Positions 55,801 through 61,800 of a stretch of DNA of 64,000 bases are shown here, in pieces; the first letter of the stretch is position 1; every line of letters starts with the position of its first letter. The notes beneath the pieces are model-generated. The model saw nothing but the letters and a program-made list of their open reading frames with translations, did no database searches and was not told the origin of the DNA. The translations under genes and the position numbers were made by a program. The stretch is from Gammaproteobacteria bacterium (GTDB lineage Bacteria > Pseudomonadota > Gammaproteobacteria > CAKMZV01), in the NCBI GenBank assembly GCA_965219665.1, contig CBDCOD010000017.1, positions 6,069 through 70,068 on the forward strand, written 5' to 3'.

Positions 55801-58800
55801 TCATCCTCATCAATGTCATCATTCACCGCTGTAACCGTTATCGAAACAGGCGTGCGAGCATTTGCACTGCTGAAAACAATAGTATTCGTACTGAATGTCA
55901 ATTCACGTGTCGATTGACCTGAAAGCGTGGCTGATGGCGATAACGCAACCGTAGCACTACCCGGAGGATCCGCCGTTAGCACCACAGTAAAAATGCTACC
56001 AACACCCCCTTCTGTTACAGAGGCAGTAGAGCGACTAAAACTATAGCCAGGCCTCTCATCATCAATTACCTCAACAATAACATCTGATAAAGTCGTAGCA
56101 GCACTGTAACCAGAGTCCCCATTAACAACTGTCAGCGTCAGCGTCACAAAAACACCTTCATCATTTGCCTGATCATCTATTGCCTCAACTGAGACCGTAA
56201 TAGACGTGTTCCAAGTCACAGAAGTGAAACTCAATAATATACTACTCTGACTATTCGTGCTTTGACCACTTAACTCTAACTGCGCAAGCCCTTGAACCTG
56301 TGTAGAAGCAACCGATAGCGTAACCGTAGATAATGGCTGCGTCTGTGGGCGAATCTCAAAAGTAGCCGACCTACTACTACCTGCCTCTTCTGTGATAATC
56401 AGCGATGTTGGAACAACTACAAAGCCTGCAACATCATCATCTGTAACGGTGACCGTCAGTGTAACATTCTCACTTGAACCATAATCACCCCCACTGGCTG
56501 CTAAGCTAAAGGTGCTATACTGTGTATTATCAACTACCTCATCATCATAGGCAGAGACCGTTACCGTAATAGAAGTACTCCAATTAGAAGTAGTAAAAAC
56601 TATTCGAGCTGTAGATAAAGAGGACTGTATCGGAATAACGCCTGATGTAAATGTATGCGCACTACTAACCTCAAGCGTAACATCTCCACCATATGGACGC
56701 GTAGCCAAACGAACCTCAGCAGTAGAAACCGACCCCCCTTCCGTAACCGTATGCTCCGTAGGCGCAATCTGTACCCCACGTACATCATCATCAATGGTCT
56801 CAAACCCACGTGCAGTGGGCGATAGCCCACTATATAAAGCATCGGATGAAGCAACCGATAGCGTAACTGTCGCATTGCGGGTATCATCATCAAAATCATC
56901 ATCTACTACCGTAATCGTAACACTCTGGAGCGTTTGCCAGCTGTTAACAGTAGCCGTAAAAGTCAATGAATCAACACTTAACGTTGCCTCTGGATCAGAG
57001 GATAAACTATCATCACTTAACAATACATTAACCGTAACCGTACTGAAGGGGCGCGTTGCTAAGCGAACCGTAAAGGTGGCTTGTGTCGCACTTGACTCAT
57101 ATAGGGTATCTGTACTTAACGCACTAACGACCAAAGCACTTTCATCATCATCTACTACCAATACCCCATGCGTAGAACTTACGCTATTTGCACCAGCCCA
57201 ATGAGAAATCGTATTCAAGTCCGCATTAGCAACAACTGTAGAGTCCGCCGTAACAACTACTGTCTGTGTGCCATCATCAAAATTATCATCTACCGCCGTA
57301 ACAACTATTGACTGCAAAGTGTTCCAACTATTGCTGGGGTATGGTGAAAATACAACACTGGTGGTACTCAATATAATAGAGCCACCAACTGCAATTGAGC
57401 CCGTACTAAAACTTAACACCACTGTACTCTCAGGCTGCGCCGATAGCCGAACTAATAAACTATCTGTCGTATTAGGCTCCGTTACAACTGGACTTCCTGA
57501 TAACTCAATACCTGCTGTATCATTGTCTACAACCGTTACCGTCAGAGTATCCCCTGAAAAATCCGCATTGCTTGCATAAGCACCATTGATGTTGTCCGTA
57601 GCAATCAAGAAAACTTGTATACTTTCATCATCCTCATCAATGTCATCATTCACCGCTGTAACCGTTATCGAAACAGGCGTGCGAGCATTTGCACTGCTGA
57701 AAACAATAGTATTCGTACTGAATGTCAATTCACGTGTCGATTGACCTGAAAGCGTGGCTGATGGCGATAACGCAACCGTAGCACTACCCGGAGGATCCGC
57801 CGTTAGCACCACAGTAAAAATGCTACCAACACCCCCTTCTGTTACAGAGGCAGTAGAGCGACTAAAACTATAGCCAGGCCTCTCATCATCAATTACCTCA
57901 ACAATAACATCTGATAAAGTCGTAGCAGCACTGTAACCAGAGTCCCCATTAACAACTGTCAGCGTCAGCGTCACAAAAACACCTTCATCATTTGCCTGAT
58001 CATCTATTGCCTCAACTGAGACCGTAATAGACGTGTTCCAAGTCACAGAAGTGAAACTCAATAATATACTACTCTGACTATTCGTGTTTTGACCACTTAA
58101 CTCTACCTGCGCAAGCCCTTGAACCTGTGTAGAAGCAACCGATAGCGTAACCGTAGATAATGGCTGCGTCTGTGGGCGAATCTCAAAAGTAGCCGACCTA
58201 CTACTACCTGCCTCTTCTGTGATAATCAGCGATGTTGGAACAACTACAAAGCCTGCAACATCATCATCTGTAACGGTGACCGTCAGTGTAACATTCTCAC
58301 TTGAACCATAGTCACCCCCACTGGCTGCTAAGCTAAATTTGCTATACTGTGTATTATCAACTACCTCATCATCATAGGCAGAGACCGTTACCGTAATAGA
58401 AGTACTCCAATTAGAAGTAGTAAAAACTATTCGAGCTGTAGATAAAGAGGACTGTATCGGAATAACGCCTGATGTAAATGTATGCGCACTACTAACCTCA
58501 AGCATAACATCTCCACCATATGGACGCGTAGCCAAAAGAACCTCAGCAGTAGAAACCGACCCCCCTTCCGTAACCGTATGCTCCGTAGGCGCAATCTGTA
58601 CCCCACGTACATCATCATCAATGGTCTCAAACCCACGTGCAGTGGGCAATAGCCCACTATATAAAGCATCGGATGAAGCAACCGATAGCGTAACTGTCGC
58701 ATTGCGGGTGTCATCATCAAAATCATCATCTACTACCGTAATCGTAACACTCTGGAGCGTTTGCCAGCTGTTTCCAGTAGCCGTAAAAGTCAATGAATCA

Positions 58801-61800
58801 ACACTTAACGTTGCCTCTGGATCAGAGGATAAACTATCATCACTTAACAATACATTAACCGTAACCGTACTGAAGGGGCGCGTTGCTAAGCGAACCGTAA
58901 AGGTGGCTTGTGTCGCACTTGACTCATATAGGGTATCTGTACTTAACGCACTAACGACCAAAGCACTTTCATCATCATCTACAACTCGAACCATGGAATC
59001 TGCACTCACACTGCTGGTCCCTGACCAGTGTAATCTGGTATTTGTACTCGCTCCAGCTTGAACAGTAGAACTGAGACTTACAGTTACGGTTGCATCACCA
59101 TCATCTATAACATTGTTTTGCGCAGTGACTGTAAATGACTGTGTTATATCCCAGTTAGCACTTGTAAATAATAGCTGATTTGTGCTCAGATTCAATGATT
59201 TTGTCGATTCTGGAGATAACACAACCTCTGAAGCAACAATCGTTAAAGAAACAGTGGACTCGGGTTGAGCGTCTAATACGACAAAAATAGCACTCTGAGC
59301 AGATGATTCTGATAACGAGAACGACTGAGGGGCTAGAGTGATTCCCGCTGTATCGTTGTCATCGATAGTAAATTGGTATACATCGCTCTCAAAATCAGGA
59401 ACATTAATATACGGTATGTTGCCTGATGGCGTAAATGTCAATGCATATGTTGTCTTATCTTCATCTATTGAGTCATCAATAGCAACGACCGTTACTGACT
59501 GCGAACTATTCCACCTAAAAGTATTTCCTGCGCCATCCGTAGAAAAGGCCAAACCAACAGAAGCACTTAACGTACCATTGGTCCCATGTATCACAGCATA
59601 CTGGTTGACGCTGCCATCAAGAAAATCTGGATGCAAAATAAGCGGCGACCCTGTGGGTGCTAAGCGCAAGGCTATATTAAAAATAGCTGTTCCGCCTGCC
59701 TCACTCACAGTTCCAGTTGTTGGACTAATGGTAAATCCGTGCTCATCATTATCAATAGCTGTTATTTCTGTGTCTTGATTCGCGGCAAGCCCCCGATAGA
59801 AGCCAGAACTTGTGGCGGCTGACTCATACGAAATGACACTGTTAACATTTTGATCATTGATAGCATCATCAATAGCGGTGACCAATACAGTCTGTGGGAT
59901 ATTCCAATTGCTTGAAGTAAAGTTTAACTGGACAACTGAGGTCGATCCATTTAGCATAATTTGATGGCTAAGATCACCCGCTAACGGCGTAGCTAGCAAC
60001 ACAATCTGCACAGTGCCAGTAGGCTGGGTTGCCAGAACTACACTCACTTGCGTTGTCAAATCACCATCTTCCGAAACAGAGGCAAATGTAGGAGATGGTA
60101 ACACTGCTGCAACATCATTGTCTATAACAACAACCTGAGTAGTCTGATTGCTGACAAAATTAATGTAGTCATTTCCTGATTGCTGACTGGCAACAGAGAT
60201 CGTTAACAGCTCAGTGTAGCTCACTCCCTCATCAATAAAATTGTCACGCCCAGCAAGTGTAACAAGCTGAGCAGTACTCCAATTGGCTGTGCTAAACGTC
60301 AAGCTATGTGTTGCATTGCCTTCAATCAACAGACTAGTTCCTCCATCGAAAAGCAGGGTAACCGTTCCTTCTGGAACAGAGGCAAGGCGCGTTTGCAGGG
60401 TAGCTGTTGTTGAGCTATCCTCCGATACAGTAAGCGGACTACTTGAAGTGAGTATGATACCTGCATCAGCCGTAGAGTTCAGCACGGACACCTGCGCATT
60501 CGCTGTTGCTGTTGCAACACCGTCGCCAACTGCAATGACAAAGGTATAACTAGAGGTGGATTCAAAATCTAATTCCTGATTAGCGTTTAGCCGCAAAACC
60601 CCTGTGCTGCTAATACTAAATCCTGCGGCTCCTGCACCGCTGAGTGCATACGACAGACTATCAGACTCGTCTGCGTCTGAAGCATTTATTTGCCCTACAA
60701 CCGTTATCACATTCGGAGGACTAAAGTCGTTTTCTAGTATGTTAAACTGTGTCACACCTATCGTGGGCGTATCGTTTACAGGTGTGACAACCACTAAAAA
60801 GGATCCTGTGCTTGAATCCACTCCTCCAAACAAGGTACTACCATCATCTTGCAACATATAACTAATAGTTGCAGTACCAAAGGAATTAGGGTTAAAAGAG
60901 AAGGTTAGTGTGGCATCTTCAAGGTCTTGTAGTATGCTACTACTGATGGTTGGTGTGCTCACCAGAATATCCGAATCATCTATAATATTTGTTAGACTCA
61001 ATGTAATGTTTTGCGTAACACCCGCATTATTATCATCAAAATCCGTTATAACCCCTGCAGAGACCACTGTATAGCTTGAATCCTCTGCTATGACTAATGA
61101 TGCACTATCTGCAGACGGCGCAAAATTAATCGTGCGTACTTGAATAACCACAGTGACCGTGGTGCTGTCCTCACCATTACGCAATGTCCCACCATCATCT
61201 TGCACCGTAATACTCAATGTGACATTGCCCGAGGAGCCTAATACTGGGTCAAAACGAAGTGCTGCTGTGGTTGCACCGACTGTGTACACAATGGTTGTAC
61301 CTGACTCTAACACACTCGTAGAACCACTTGTTTGGATACTAAAAGAGAACGGCTGCTGAGCCAAACCGCTCAAGCCATCACCTTCATCTAAGTCCTGCAG
61401 CACAACAATCTCTTGAACACCCAGGAAATCTTCAAATATTGCAGAGTTGCCATTTGCTACAACATTCGTCTGAGTAACATTGCTCAGTGATACAGTTGGA
61501 GCGTCATTAACAGGGAGCACAGGTACTAAAAGATATGCCGTAGTTGTCGATACACCATCTGATAAACCAACCGTAATGGTCGCAGTGCCTGAGAAATCCG
61601 CCGGTGGAGTATAACCAATAGGTATTTGTTGTATGCCCGTTGAGACAGCACTAATCTGACCATCTATCTCAACAGCGCCCGTGGATACTGTAAGAGACCA
61701 TGCACTGCTGCTAAACGCCTCACCGTCCAAGTCAAATCCACTTAAGGTTATAGCACGTGCTAACGAGGCATCTTCGTTGAAAACGTTCGTAACTGTTGAG

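Noticed and set aside
46905-58985. Whether the regular repeats could be a CRISPR array or a satellite.
   Set aside because: The units are 1827 bp, contiguous with no spacers, and maintain one long reading frame. This is a coding tandem duplication.
47465-59061. Periodic families of 100-, 136/146- and 103-aa ORFs on both strands, for example 47465-47767, 47659-48069 and 48133-48444, recurring every 1827 bp.
   Set aside because: They are alternate-frame or antisense readings of the near-identical tandem units of the giant gene. Their low-complexity translations (MMILMMIPAMRQLRY..., SSSKSSSTTV...) and exact periodicity show they are repeat artefacts, not genes. The same applies to the many + strand ORFs listed between 23.8 and 63.8 kb.
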